Positions 19,501 to 28,089 of a stretch of DNA of 52,977 bases are shown piece by piece. The DNA is from a virus, in IMG/VR virus record IMGVR_UViG_3300048917_000597, positions 1 through 52,977 of that record; one strand, 5' to 3'. Both the position numbers and the translations under genes were made by a program. Under the pieces are notes generated by a model. The model saw nothing but the letters and a program-made list of their open reading frames with translations. It was not told where the DNA came from and made no database searches. Every line of letters starts with the position of its first letter. Positions within the stretch are counted from its first letter, which is position 1.

Positions 19501-22500
19501 CCGCGAGTAGCCGAGGCCGTGGCCCTCGAGGTACTGCGAGAGCTCGGCTCGCATGTCACCGGTGCCGTCCGGTGAGGCCAGCACGATGATGGCTCCACGG
19601 TCGGCCAGGTAGTCGAGGCGCTTCTTCGCGGTCTCACGGTTGCCGCTGAAGGAGTCGAGCTCGACGACCACGATGTCGCCTGGGCTGACCCGGAAGCCCT
19701 TGCGGTCGTTGCCGAGGCTGTGCTCGTTGAGCTGGCCCTCGGGCATCTTCGCGTCGGACCAGCCCTCGCGGTAGACCCAGCCGGTACGGAAGCCATCGGC
19801 CTCGAGCATCGCGTCGACGTTCTGGATCATCATGCGACCGAGCATCGTCTCCTGCGGGTCGCGCATCCCGATGAAGGGGATGCCGGCGGCGATCCAGTCG
19901 AAGGCGATGTCCTCGGCGTGCAGGGCGTCCTCGCCCCGGGCGACGGCGGCCTGCAGGTTGCGCGACGGGTCGAAGCCGCCAGTGCCACGCTGCATCATCT
20001 CCGAGCGGTCGAGGTCGGACTGGATCCGTGCCTCGGCGTAGAACTTGATCCGGGCGTCGAACCGGTTGCGCTCGGCCTCCGACATCTGGCCGCGGACGGT
20101 GAGCATCGACTGCCGGGCGCGGTTGGCGATCCGGGTCTCGTCGAGGGTCTTCGTCTCACCGCTGACGCCCTTGATGAACCGGCCCAGCATGTCGGGCGTG
20201 ACGCCCCGGTAGCGCTTGACCTGAGTGATATCGGGCGTCAGCTGGTCGCCGAACAGGCGCTTGACGCCCTGGTCGCCGGTCTCACCGAGCATCGAGCGGA
20301 GCACGTCGTCGGACGGGATCCAGAGTGCGGCGTCGTTGAACGGCAGCGGCGCGCGGTTGCCGTCGGCGTCGGGCGGGTTGTTCCGCTGGAACTCCATGAC
20401 CTGCTCCGCCGACCACAGCACCGGGCTGCCGTTGGCGTCGGTGCCTCGCACGAAGTGCCGGATCTTCAGGCCCTTCAGGTGTGCGTTGTAGTACTCCGGG
20501 TCGAGCGTGCCGAAGCCGAGGTCGGTCTCGGTGAGGATGCGAGCCTTGGCCCGGAGCATGCCGGCGAAGTCGTCGGCCCACGTGCGCTCGATGGACTCGA
20601 CGGTCGCCTTGTCGGGGCCGGTGAAGTTCTGCAGCGCGGGCATGCCCAGCTTGCTGGCGTCCAGCGCCTGAGCCTGCGCGGTGGGGCTGATGCCGCCCGG
20701 CCGGAACCACAGCGTCTCGAGGAGGCCGTTGGCCGAGTCACCCGGCAGCTTGAAGCTGGTGCCCTCGAAGAAGAGGTTGTTCGCGAACTCGCCGTCGCTG
20801 GGCTGCGACTCGGGGTGGAAGAACTCCACCATGACACCGATGGAGTCCGGCTTCACCTTCTTGGCGTCGGCCAGGAACTCGACCGTGCGCTGGATGCGGG
20901 ACAGGTGCACAGCCTGGTAGCCGGTGGTCGACGCCTCCTCGACCGACCAGAACGGCACGCCGAGGTTCTGGTCGTACTTGAACAGGTCCTCCTGCGTCAC
21001 CTCGCCGGTCTCCGGGTCGACGAAGGTGGCGACCACACTGCGGGCGAAGCGGTTGTTCAGCATCGCCCGCGGCGTCGGGTTGTTCGTGCCGTCGGGCATC
21101 GTGACGTCGACCTCGTCGAAGTCGGAGCCGTTGGTCAGGTTGAACCAGGTGAGGCTGGTCTTCGACAGGTACGCCTCACCGGGATCGGTGTAGGACCGGC
21201 GCATCGCTGCAGCGATCGTGGCCTGGAGCTTCGGGCTGACACCGGCCTGGCTGATGGCCGGCTCGGCGGCGGCGGAGTCGAGGCGAGTGTTCGCCTCCAT
21301 CGACGCACGCGCCGTGTCCGGAGTCCAGCTGCCGAGGCTGTGCTCCTTGAACAGCGTCCGCCCCAGCACCTCGACGACCTGCTGGGGCACCTCGGTGTTC
21401 GTGCGCCCGGCACGAGCAGCGATCTCCATGCCTGCCTGGATCAGCGGGGAAGTCTGGTCCAGCAGAGGGTCTGCGATGTAGGAGAACGATGCGTCGAAGT
21501 AGCGCGCGTCGTACACGCCCTGGCTGGTGGAGACGTCGGGGAACGGCGGCGTGCTGATCCCCGGCGCCGTCATCGTGGTCGCGTCGGTGATGTAGACCGC
21601 GATCACCGCGCGACTGAGCTCGGCCCACTCGTCGTCGGACAGGTCCGGCTGGCCGGTGCGGGCCGAGTCGAGGATCTGGTAGGTGTACTTGTCGAGGGTC
21701 TTCTTGGACGCCATCATCGAGTCGACCCAGGCCAGGTGGCTCTGGATGAACGAGTGGATCGCGTCCTTCTTGGCCGCCGACTGGTCGGCCTCGCCCTTCT
21801 TGATGTTGAACATCGAGATCGCCCGGCCAGCCACACCGTCGGACTTGAGCAGGTCGACCCGCTCGACGAACCGGTCGTAGTCGGCCTGGAGTGCAGCGTG
21901 CTCCTTCTGGAGCTGGGCGACGGTGGCCGGGTCGCCAGCCAGCGCCGGGTCGATGCTCTCCGCTGCCTCGCGCTTCGCGTCCTCGAGCTGGATGGCCCGG
22001 GTGTCCAGCAGGTCCTGGATCATCGGGCCGAGCAGCGCCCGGTCCTCGGCCTTGATGCCGAGGTTGTCGGCGACCAGCATGTTGCGCTGCTGCAGTCCGA
22101 CGAGCCGGTGAACCGCGCGGAGCGGGTCGACGCCTGCGGTGGTGGGCGTCATCGCCAGCGAGGAGGCCGACTGCAGCGCGACCGCGAAGTCGTAGTAGGC
22201 GTCGCGGGTGAGCTGCTCGATCTCGTAGTTGGTGAGCTGGTGGTCGGCAGCCGAGGTGCGGGCGATCACCAGGTCGTTGACCGCGCGCTGCACTCCGAAG
22301 TGCGCCAGGTTGCCGCCGAACTTGCTGGCGCTGGACTCGACCAGCATCAGGTAGCGCATGGCCGCGTCGTACGACAGCCGGTCGTTCTTCGGGAACAGCT
22401 CCTTGTGGGAGTTGCCGTTGAGCAGGGACTTCAGGTCCTTGCCGACCAGGAGCTGGTTCGACAGGTAGCCGGCGGCGTTGGCCTCGAGGACCTGCGGGAA

Positions 22501-25500
22501 CAGGATGGCCCGGGCCAGCGGCCGGGTGTCGGCGTTCTTCAGCAGCTTGATCATCTGCTTGGCGTCGGGCTGCGTCCACTCCACGGTGCGACCCTCGTCG
22601 TCCATGGTGCGGACGCCGTCCTTCGCCAGCAGCGCCATGTTGCCCGACACGGCGTCGAGGTTGCTGGACGTCATCATCGCCATCAGCCGCTCGTAGTTCA
22701 CGGTGTAGCCGCGGGCGTCGCGCAGCGCGTCGAACATCCCGTTGAGCCGGACGTTCTCAGCGGTCTTGCCCTTGGTGTGGGACTGGGCGTTGAGCCCGCG
22801 CACCGCACCGATCGTCTGCAGGAGCATCTGCTGGCTGCCGACACCGACGATGTAGTCGTTGCTGTGCTCGATCGCCAGCACGAACTGCCGGTGGAGCTCC
22901 TCGTCACCGGCGTCGACCGCGACACTCGGGTCGTCGAGGTGGGCCAGCCACCGCTCGACCGCGCTGATCACCTGGAAGTCGGAGGCGATCGACGCCTTCT
23001 CGGTCGCCAGGTCGGAGACCAGGTTGTCGGCGGCCACTCGGAGACTGGAGATCGCCTCACGGAGCTCGGCCCCGTCGAGTGCGGTGGTCCAGCCGCCGTG
23101 GGCCTTGTCCTGGTCGAACTCCGCGACGTCGTCGACCCAGGCGGTCAGCGGCGCCTGGTTGCCCCGGACGCCCGGCGTCATGTTGACCCAGCGCATGAAC
23201 TCGCTCAGGTCGGTGGACTTCTCCATCTGCATGATGAACTGCTCGAGCATGAGGCCCTTGTCAGGGCTGGAGGACAGCGCGGAGACGATCCGGTGGATCC
23301 GGCGCGGCAGCCGGATGTTGTTGCGGCTGGCCTCACCCTCGGAGCCTTCGGACTTGCCCTGGTTGATGCCGAGGTAGTTGATCTCCGCACGCAGGATGTT
23401 GCGCCAGTAGTACATCTCCGCGTGCTTGGAGTCGGAGATCGCGAACATGTCGTAGACCCAGTTGGCGATGTGGAGGTTGTTCTCCTCGTCGACCCGGTAG
23501 ACCGAGTTGACCGCGGCGTCCGGGATCAGATCCAGCAGCTTGCGGGCGAAGTCGGGGTTCGCATCGAGCATCCGCTCGACGGTCTCGGCCGCGGTCTCGC
23601 CGTGCTTGCGCGGGGAGATCGCGATGAACTTGTTGAGCGCCGTCACGATCCGCTCGTGCGCGTTCTGGAACGAGTCGGAGATCCGGTCGCTGCGCTCGGC
23701 GAACTCGCCGGTCAGCTTGCCGGCCTTGTCGATCGTGAGCCGGTGGTGGCCGACCGCGAGGATCGAGTCGACCACCGCGCGGTAGGCGGTGATCTCTCCG
23801 GCCCGCATCTCCTCGAGACCGTAGGGGATGTTCTTGCTGCGCTTGCGACCGAGGTACTCGGCCTCACCCCGCAGCTCGGAGTCCATCAGGTAGCGGGTCT
23901 GCTCGGACGCACCGACGTAGGCGCGGGTGAACTGCTCGACGGTGAGCTGGGGGCCGAACACGTTGGCCGCCTCACCGAGCAGCGCGAACATCTGCTGGCT
24001 GCCGACGACCTCGACGAACGCGCGCTCAGCGTTGACCGGGTGGTCGGACCCACCGGGCCGGGTCATCGACTCGAGCGTGGCGTACCGGGCCTGCAGCTCC
24101 GGGCTCACCGCCAGGATGCTGGCCTTCTCGACACGGTCCTCGGCGATCGAGCGCTTCAGCAGCATCTGTGCCAGCGTGATCGTCTTCTTGCCGCCGACGA
24201 TGTTGCCCTTCGAGTCGTAGTCCCAGTCCGTGACGGCGGTGTTCGCCAGCACGGCCAGGGTCTCGGAGGCGTTGACGGTGTAGCCGAGCTTCGCGCTGAT
24301 CTGCTCGGCGCTGGACTCCGACAGCGCCAGGAGCTGGGCGTAGACCCGGGTGGTGATGTCGTCCTTGCCGCGGATGTCGTCGAGCGCGCTACGGGTGAGG
24401 CGCTGGCCCCACTCCTCGTAGATCGCGGCGAGCTCGGACAGCCGCTCCTGCGTGGGAGCCTGGTCGGCGCTGAGCACCGAAGCGAGCTGGCTGGCGTAGT
24501 GGAGCTTCTGGTCCTTGCGGAACATCGTGTCGCCCGCAGTGATCAGCCCGACCTCCTGGCCGATCGTGGCCGACCTGGCAGCGCGGCGCTCGCGCACCTC
24601 GTTGCTCTGCTGGTTCGGTGCCACGACGTCGGAGTTGGGCTGGGGGCTGATCATCGGGCGGTTGGCGGCGTAGTTGCCCTGGAACTCCTGGAAGCTGGTG
24701 CGCACCAGCTGGTCGATCCAGAGCCACTCGTTGCTGAGGTTGCCGTGGGCGAACTCGGTGATCTGTGTGCCGGCCTCGGACGCGAGCCCATCGAGCAGCG
24801 CGCTGCGTGCGCTCTTGACGTTGGACTCGACCGCGTCGTTGAAGTTGCGGAGGATCCGGTCGAGCACGACCTGGTCCACGACGTTGGCGTAGCGCCGGCG
24901 GATGCTCGCACCGATCTGCGTCAGCGTGGCGCTCGCGTACTTCTGGATCGCCTGGTTGCGACCAGTGAGCGCCTCGGACATGTAGTCGGTGATGAACTCC
25001 TCGTACTTGGGAGCGCCGACGTTCACGTGCTCACCGGCGCCGACGAAGTTCTGGCCGCTACGCCCGTTGGCGTACGACGCATCGTCGAGCACGAGCTGGG
25101 CGAGCTGGCGCACCTTGTCGCCGTCGTAGTCGCCACGCAGTGCAGGCAGCAGCGCGTGGGAGATCTGCACCACGTTGTCGCTTGAGTAGAGCGTGAGCTG
25201 CTCGGACGCCTGCGGCACGAGGATGTGGTAGGAGCCCGAGTCGGCGTGCGGGTCGCGGGCGAACACCAGGGACACGGCCTTGGCCAGATCGAGCTTGTCC
25301 TGGTCCGACATCGGCTCGGCCACGCCCTCGATGTCGACGCGGTCGAAGGCGTCCTGCAGGAACTGGTTCATGCTGCGGACCTCGGCGACGATCTCGGCCG
25401 GTGTCACACCGTCGGCGTGGATCCGCTGCAGCCGCTGCTCGATGTCGTCGTTGACGCGCTGGCTCCACACCAGCACGCGCTCGGTGTTGTCGAGCAGCAC

Positions 25501-27846
25501 CTGGGCCCGCGCGCCCTTGTCGATCAGGTCCTGGTTCGTCGGGTCGGTGGCCAGCGCCTTGGTGGCCTCGTCGACCTGGGCCTTGAGGTAGTCGCGCTGG
25601 ATGGCCAGACCGCGACCGTGGTTCAGGAGGTTGATCGCCAGCTGGCGGGCGCTGCTCCCCACGGCATCACCGCGCCAGCTGGCGTCCTCGAGCTGGATCA
25701 TCGCGAACGCACCATCGGTACGGCGGGTTCCGTGCTCGAGGTCTGCGGCCAGCTTGTTCTGGTAGGCGTCGTGCACCTTCTCGATGTGGACGACCGAGCC
25801 GGTCTGCCGCATCGCCATGTCGGAGCTGGCCTGCTTGTAGGCCGCCTTGAGACTCGAGGTCTCGATGGCGGAGAGCGCCGAGAGGGAGCGCTGCTGCACC
25901 TCGGTCATCGCGTTCCACTCGTCACGGCTGAGCTTCGCGCCACCGGTGCGCATCTCGTAGGCCGCGGCAGCCTGGCTGTAGGCCTGGGTCGCCGGGTCGA
26001 CCGCGTGGGCCTGGAACCCCAGCCCCATGCCGGCACCGGCCGCGAACCCGTAGAGCGCGCTGGTCCCGATGTCGGACAGGGAGATCGACTGGTTGTGGCT
26101 CAGGTTGTCGAAGACCGACTGCAGGCCCTCCTCGTAGCCCTCACCCATCGCGTTCACCACGATGGAGGTGAGGCGGCTGTCGCCCTGTGCCATGGACCGG
26201 GCCGCGCGGTAGAAGTCGTCGGCGCTGTAGGCACCGCCACGCTTGGCGGCCATCCGCATCCCGATGATCCGCGCGCTCACGTTGCCGAGCTGCTCGGACG
26301 GCGCCAGCAGCGCGAGGGTGGCCTTCTTGCCGGTGACGTTGCCCGCCTCGTCCAACGTCCACCGGACACCGACGTGCTCGAACTCGCGACCGGCCTCGGC
26401 ACCGGTGGCGTTCGCAGCGCCCTTGCGGAACATGTTCAGCTTGTTGCCGAACCGGCCGACGGCACCAAGGCCACCCTCGTAGACGGTCTGCTCGCCAGCA
26501 GCCCGCAGGCCGGAGTCGACCTTGCCGGCCAGGCCGTGGACCATCCCGAGCTGGACCGCGTCGATGCCGACCTTGCCGATGCCCGCAGCACCGGAGACCA
26601 GGTCGACGTGACCCTTGTCGTCGCGGAAGATGTTGTCGAACCCGCCGCGTGTGTAGTCGAAGGACTTGCCACCGGTGGCCGCGAGCTCGGTGACCTCGCC
26701 ACCGATCGTGCCCGCCATCTGCGTGGTGTAGAGCAGACGACCGACCGGGCTGCCGAACTGCAGCACGGAGTCGGCGACCGTGGCCCCGACGTCGGCCACC
26801 TGGAGCCACTTGCTCACCGTCCGGTCGCCCTTGTCGTCGAGCCGGTAGAACTCGGACTGACCGTCACCGGCATGCCCGAGATCCGCGACGCCCTGCGTCA
26901 CGTTGGAGATCGGGGACAGCAGCCGTCCACCGAAGCCGGACCACTGCTGCACCGCCGTGCCGACACCGGCGAGTGTGGAGTTCTCCTTGAAGCTCATGGA
27001 CGTGATCTCGGCAGCACGCGCGGCCTGCTGGTCGAGGGTGTCGCGGTTCAGCCAGGCACCGACGCCACCGACCGCGGAGCCGCCGAGGAACGCGACGCTG
27101 GTGGGGATCGCGTCCAGCGGCCCGAGCCAGGCGCCACCGACCGCGGTCACACCAGCAGCCAGCGTGCCGCCGGCCAGCGCGCCACCACCGACGATCGCAG
27201 CCTGGGACTTGCCCTCGGCGATCTCACCAGTGCGCCGGTCGACGTTCTCGTTGAACTCCTTGCTGGCCAGCATCTTGGGCACCTCGACGTTGTTCGTCTC
27301 GTGTGCCTGCTGGACCGCCGAGCTCAGAGCGGTGGTGGGATCGGAGTCGGCGTAGATGTGGGCCTTGGTCTTCGCGTCGAAGAGGATGTCGGCCATCATC
27401 AGGTTCGCAGTGGCCGGCTGGTTCTTGAACTCGTGGAAGACGTTGCCGACCTTCTTGCCGTTGTCGTAGATGTCTCCGAAGTGGAAGTCCTGGCCACTGC
27501 CGTCCGTCGCGGTGTGGTCCCAGGTCACGACACCCGTGGCGAACTGCGGCGTCTGGAACTGCTCGTTCAGCTTGCCCGCTTCGCCGGCCGCCTTGTTCGC
27601 CTCCATGGCGCGGGCCCAGAAGTCGGAGTCCCAGCCGTTGTTGGTGCCCTCGCGGTTCTGGCCGGTGTACCAGCTCTTCGCGGTGTAGGTCGTGGGATCG
27701 CCCGGATCGCTGCTCTGTCCGGGCGGCGCGTACGGGTCGTAGAGCCCGGAGTCCTGACGAGCCTTCGCGTCCTGCTGCAGACCGCTGGGGTTGGCGGGGT
27801 TGTTCGCCTGCTGGTTCGCGTACGGATCGTGCAGCTGCTGGGGCAC
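13528..27846 (-). CDS. Giant multidomain virion/ejection protein (4772 aa from GTG 27846; ORF open to 27951) with RNA-polymerase-like double-psi beta-barrel signatures
   Basis: This is a single uninterrupted ORF. GTG 27846 lies 7 nt after GAGGAGG. The N-terminus has Gly-zipper hydrophobic segments. GDYDGDKV is at ORF residues 940-947 (DYDGD = 941-945), preceded by RVDIEG and ARDP. GDKKVVEWNGMKYML starts at residue 3064. A GNAT-like stretch lies near residue 3378. A second hydrophobic Gly-rich segment lies near residue 4160. The C-terminal tail is Gly/Tyr/Ser/Arg-rich. Amino-acid composition is realistic, unlike the antisense shadow ORFs. Confidence 0.9.
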   Translation of the reverse strand: MPQQLHDPYANQQANNPANPSGLQQDAKARQDSGLYDPYAPPGQSSDPGDPTTYTAKSWYTGQNREGTNNGWDSDFWARAMEANKAAGEAGKLNEQFQTPQFATGVVTWDHTATDGSGQDFHFGDIYDNGKKVGNVFHEFKNQPATANLMMADILFDAKTKAHIYADSDPTTALSSAVQQAHETNNVEVPKMLASKEFNENVDRRTGEIAEGKSQAAIVGGGALAGGTLAAGVTAVGGAWLGPLDAIPTSVAFLGGSAVGGVGAWLNRDTLDQQAARAAEITSMSFKENSTLAGVGTAVQQWSGFGGRLLSPISNVTQGVADLGHAGDGQSEFYRLDDKGDRTVSKWLQVADVGATVADSVLQFGSPVGRLLYTTQMAGTIGGEVTELAATGGKSFDYTRGGFDNIFRDDKGHVDLVSGAAGIGKVGIDAVQLGMVHGLAGKVDSGLRAAGEQTVYEGGLGAVGRFGNKLNMFRKGAANATGAEAGREFEHVGVRWTLDEAGNVTGKKATLALLAPSEQLGNVSARIIGMRMAAKRGGAYSADDFYRAARSMAQGDSRLTSIVVNAMGEGYEEGLQSVFDNLSHNQSISLSDIGTSALYGFAAGAGMGLGFQAHAVDPATQAYSQAAAAYEMRTGGAKLSRDEWNAMTEVQQRSLSALSAIETSSLKAAYKQASSDMAMRQTGSVVHIEKVHDAYQNKLAADLEHGTRRTDGAFAMIQLEDASWRGDAVGSSARQLAINLLNHGRGLAIQRDYLKAQVDEATKALATDPTNQDLIDKGARAQVLLDNTERVLVWSQRVNDDIEQRLQRIHADGVTPAEIVAEVRSMNQFLQDAFDRVDIEGVAEPMSDQDKLDLAKAVSLVFARDPHADSGSYHILVPQASEQLTLYSSDNVVQISHALLPALRGDYDGDKVRQLAQLVLDDASYANGRSGQNFVGAGEHVNVGAPKYEEFITDYMSEALTGRNQAIQKYASATLTQIGASIRRRYANVVDQVVLDRILRNFNDAVESNVKSARSALLDGLASEAGTQITEFAHGNLSNEWLWIDQLVRTSFQEFQGNYAANRPMISPQPNSDVVAPNQQSNEVRERRAARSATIGQEVGLITAGDTMFRKDQKLHYASQLASVLSADQAPTQERLSELAAIYEEWGQRLTRSALDDIRGKDDITTRVYAQLLALSESSAEQISAKLGYTVNASETLAVLANTAVTDWDYDSKGNIVGGKKTITLAQMLLKRSIAEDRVEKASILAVSPELQARYATLESMTRPGGSDHPVNAERAFVEVVGSQQMFALLGEAANVFGPQLTVEQFTRAYVGASEQTRYLMDSELRGEAEYLGRKRSKNIPYGLEEMRAGEITAYRAVVDSILAVGHHRLTIDKAGKLTGEFAERSDRISDSFQNAHERIVTALNKFIAISPRKHGETAAETVERMLDANPDFARKLLDLIPDAAVNSVYRVDEENNLHIANWVYDMFAISDSKHAEMYYWRNILRAEINYLGINQGKSEGSEGEASRNNIRLPRRIHRIVSALSSSPDKGLMLEQFIMQMEKSTDLSEFMRWVNMTPGVRGNQAPLTAWVDDVAEFDQDKAHGGWTTALDGAELREAISSLRVAADNLVSDLATEKASIASDFQVISAVERWLAHLDDPSVAVDAGDEELHRQFVLAIEHSNDYIVGVGSQQMLLQTIGAVRGLNAQSHTKGKTAENVRLNGMFDALRDARGYTVNYERLMAMMTSSNLDAVSGNMALLAKDGVRTMDDEGRTVEWTQPDAKQMIKLLKNADTRPLARAILFPQVLEANAAGYLSNQLLVGKDLKSLLNGNSHKELFPKNDRLSYDAAMRYLMLVESSASKFGGNLAHFGVQRAVNDLVIARTSAADHQLTNYEIEQLTRDAYYDFAVALQSASSLAMTPTTAGVDPLRAVHRLVGLQQRNMLVADNLGIKAEDRALLGPMIQDLLDTRAIQLEDAKREAAESIDPALAGDPATVAQLQKEHAALQADYDRFVERVDLLKSDGVAGRAISMFNIKKGEADQSAAKKDAIHSFIQSHLAWVDSMMASKKTLDKYTYQILDSARTGQPDLSDDEWAELSRAVIAVYITDATTMTAPGISTPPFPDVSTSQGVYDARYFDASFSYIADPLLDQTSPLIQAGMEIAARAGRTNTEVPQQVVEVLGRTLFKEHSLGSWTPDTARASMEANTRLDSAAAEPAISQAGVSPKLQATIAAAMRRSYTDPGEAYLSKTSLTWFNLTNGSDFDEVDVTMPDGTNNPTPRAMLNNRFARSVVATFVDPETGEVTQEDLFKYDQNLGVPFWSVEEASTTGYQAVHLSRIQRTVEFLADAKKVKPDSIGVMVEFFHPESQPSDGEFANNLFFEGTSFKLPGDSANGLLETLWFRPGGISPTAQAQALDASKLGMPALQNFTGPDKATVESIERTWADDFAGMLRAKARILTETDLGFGTLDPEYYNAHLKGLKIRHFVRGTDANGSPVLWSAEQVMEFQRNNPPDADGNRAPLPFNDAALWIPSDDVLRSMLGETGDQGVKRLFGDQLTPDITQVKRYRGVTPDMLGRFIKGVSGETKTLDETRIANRARQSMLTVRGQMSEAERNRFDARIKFYAEARIQSDLDRSEMMQRGTGGFDPSRNLQAAVARGEDALHAEDIAFDWIAAGIPFIGMRDPQETMLGRMMIQNVDAMLEADGFRTGWVYREGWSDAKMPEGQLNEHSLGNDRKGFRVSPGDIVVVELDSFSGNRETAKKRLDYLADRGAIIVLASPDGTGDMRAELSQYLEGHGLGYSRMAGSGHVMQPNTSVSRYANQRARVSTLTEMRGISKRSMVAILHVADKDIEENSAWVRPNNERLSAIGVSVDLIPSNFLYRFNVPVESYGNTSQVDKVAAHLKGLDDAAGQKLLKEQANGHLKGKQRQQADDDFDHAWTRLMARIDSNTGSLLPTPGEQFEIGDMIPLTDNHHNVVLYRHGYKAPKDDVIKKLTSIAMPDKADAHNIAVFPTDPEDAATVHTGTVVSVNPRSGYGLSMEMNIPFQQFGDKKVVEWNGMKYMLTPMGERIKLPDHGFFPGWGIDMIVSQHDTISKEAFDGIINNHRNAIAIFGADFLPDVAKVFKTSPANARALLYAIATGRDSLTIEAADELMTSSRFPAMISAMLKPVADASANLTTEDWVSEIADPQSPEAQITRALVLYLMTPGARVDDVLKSGGFNDNNATPDSQSILMPRLFTQVFDFAPHGSELRKEMNRRFNKQFNNSPFNPGEGYSLAEDFTLEIRMGTPAKSGVMSLNEAERLFTDRGMTVGVSTEAHMVDGVERPIVKLRVDKEGERWPMGHFWYDANDGEIISVDILDKWKKQGIARDLMRYAEALSTDSGYEMPRHSDVLSAEGAAFAAAVAPAKSTPGTGDTTKNLSGWLQIAEVHSSGDNPVKNGMAFSEMQDGAVSSHSAAIAYLATGAQTTYAGDLAKTRVFTEGKGLERFDEDVVDGGVWRLMNRLADADAGTRWRRDMPAEAARRHNGRDAMVQYRQEIPVDDINGWDQAGRNSYKAKRLQVVHALGLRDSYAPMVDFWVRQLLGQPSSMDADAEVSRGITQKNALLALDDMLANVKDGYLPTISGMVPLMHVNDLRIIFTENQNKLTPFALRTSLEAKSQIAKTWDDYVEISLGGALTSDNLFDSAFLLALDGHMHTYQAATESLLNLPVSMDSRISMFLLDPQTNDDYIQLRSSVSDVMNRLTRDPIVLDTTRATMGDLTGENWVSGPQTSKHAPTAVIAKRREAMRQWRKENGVPMPLDITVKDLRKNGQKFIDMSTNTNALARMLINLRVGTAMINPALWFSMGPEQWVRGTLDRAANLLVGHSTQGKLAMAEAKLSETGLGQYAEQFGITARYSPDQIKRAKEVYAVLGQRNDFKAMVYRDLMYLRPSMHGIGKVEKWLENYAKFGAKMQDPTWGMRSDTLARRYFEAVMDEVAFSPGEHNLTIDSLMDNLQMDPQWLQKNAPELHLAGTNAIAQFRSLKATPLSLALRGIYEPLSESTNSATSFLGTVLLKMPLLFSNYAFNVMTTITGMQGMSDFTAAVLHGRTNALKHPVTFWSRLQAKANGEEITPDDEANFDMSTVLEGVDLSRSFIRGGLTHTGLFMAGMMAGGLGLSGEDDETKKRRRMAKLQGAPFVYDPRAVENDFRNSDSIFLDSLPFGLGSYFQVGDPSAPGGVRSMAGLNWTLKQFVSPILGMERFYETGDFKQVTWGFQDAVGSFPLINTMMWSDAVETAHEFASMADDEAALGGPHNMVKAAALLTNGVGVYERMLFENSFVNQLYTSWDAYDRDPYKLPQTDSDGTIQKDIVGEPYGQDTALTPHVDPETGQLVMGYLGRSTASGTLHALTENRFTLATAMSLFTGLTGGQNDYYRKNMPVKTQEVPKTPSTKEEVEGLVRKISGDQGGQPLITEDEIRYALKGQAMRTKDWDLYNNLDKIAHEKYMEQKGAVEPLSVIDKAGREALTKAGARAVYWGIMKNSVTLDSPSLAGIYVPMTMRDEIAKEWTKELIQEGVDMGLDQTKATARMKRLWYGPTSDPSVQGLGDILFSKNISYQPMATYNQLNTTYVMGPDGRPWATGITRGNLMTALGIQPVKRLYTSEQGFPGQKGSTGTDSRLNTTDYINRINTGMRALELVDDSRYTPTDVEIGKSIEDAIKEAAKQQYTPYTPYQNKGTSGYSRSGYGHRSYGGGGGYASRGYPNYNKMYAPPHAIAPYGDSIPFINTTNPIIRRADVRRERVWSERGRLKQWQ

Positions 27847-28089
27847 CGCTCTACCTCCTCGACCGGAGCAGTGGCGGCTCCTGAGGCGTGAGCGTACACA
27901 CACTTCGCGCCAACCGGTGCCACGACCCGGCGGGTCGTCACGTCCTTCCACCTAGCTTCTGGTGGCGCTTCTCGAAGCGTCAGCCAAACGGGGGTGCCCG
28001 ATTGGCGCTTTCCCCTCGGTCGGCATCGTCTGGAAGACCGAACCGAGTGCTTCAGACCAATCGAGTGCTTCGTTTGGCACGGATGTTGG

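Noticed and set aside
13528-27846. T7/N4-type single-subunit RNAP motifs in the giant protein (T/DxxGR, Rx3Kx7YG, HD)
   Set aside because: I searched by eye. The only YG contexts (for example RKRSKNIPYG) have the wrong spacing. No convincing motif set was found, so an N4-vRNAP-type assignment is not supported.
13651-27891. Very long plus-strand ORFs antisense to the giant gene (13651..15822, 15955..19575, 19720..25185 at 1821 aa, 25225..27891)
   Set aside because: Their translations are dominated by Arg/Ala/Gly/Val/Asp/His/Leu runs. They have no RBS-like starts and they mirror the codon phase of the minus-strand gene. These are typical stop-poor shadow frames of GC3-rich coding DNA. The minus-strand frame has protein-like composition and motifs.
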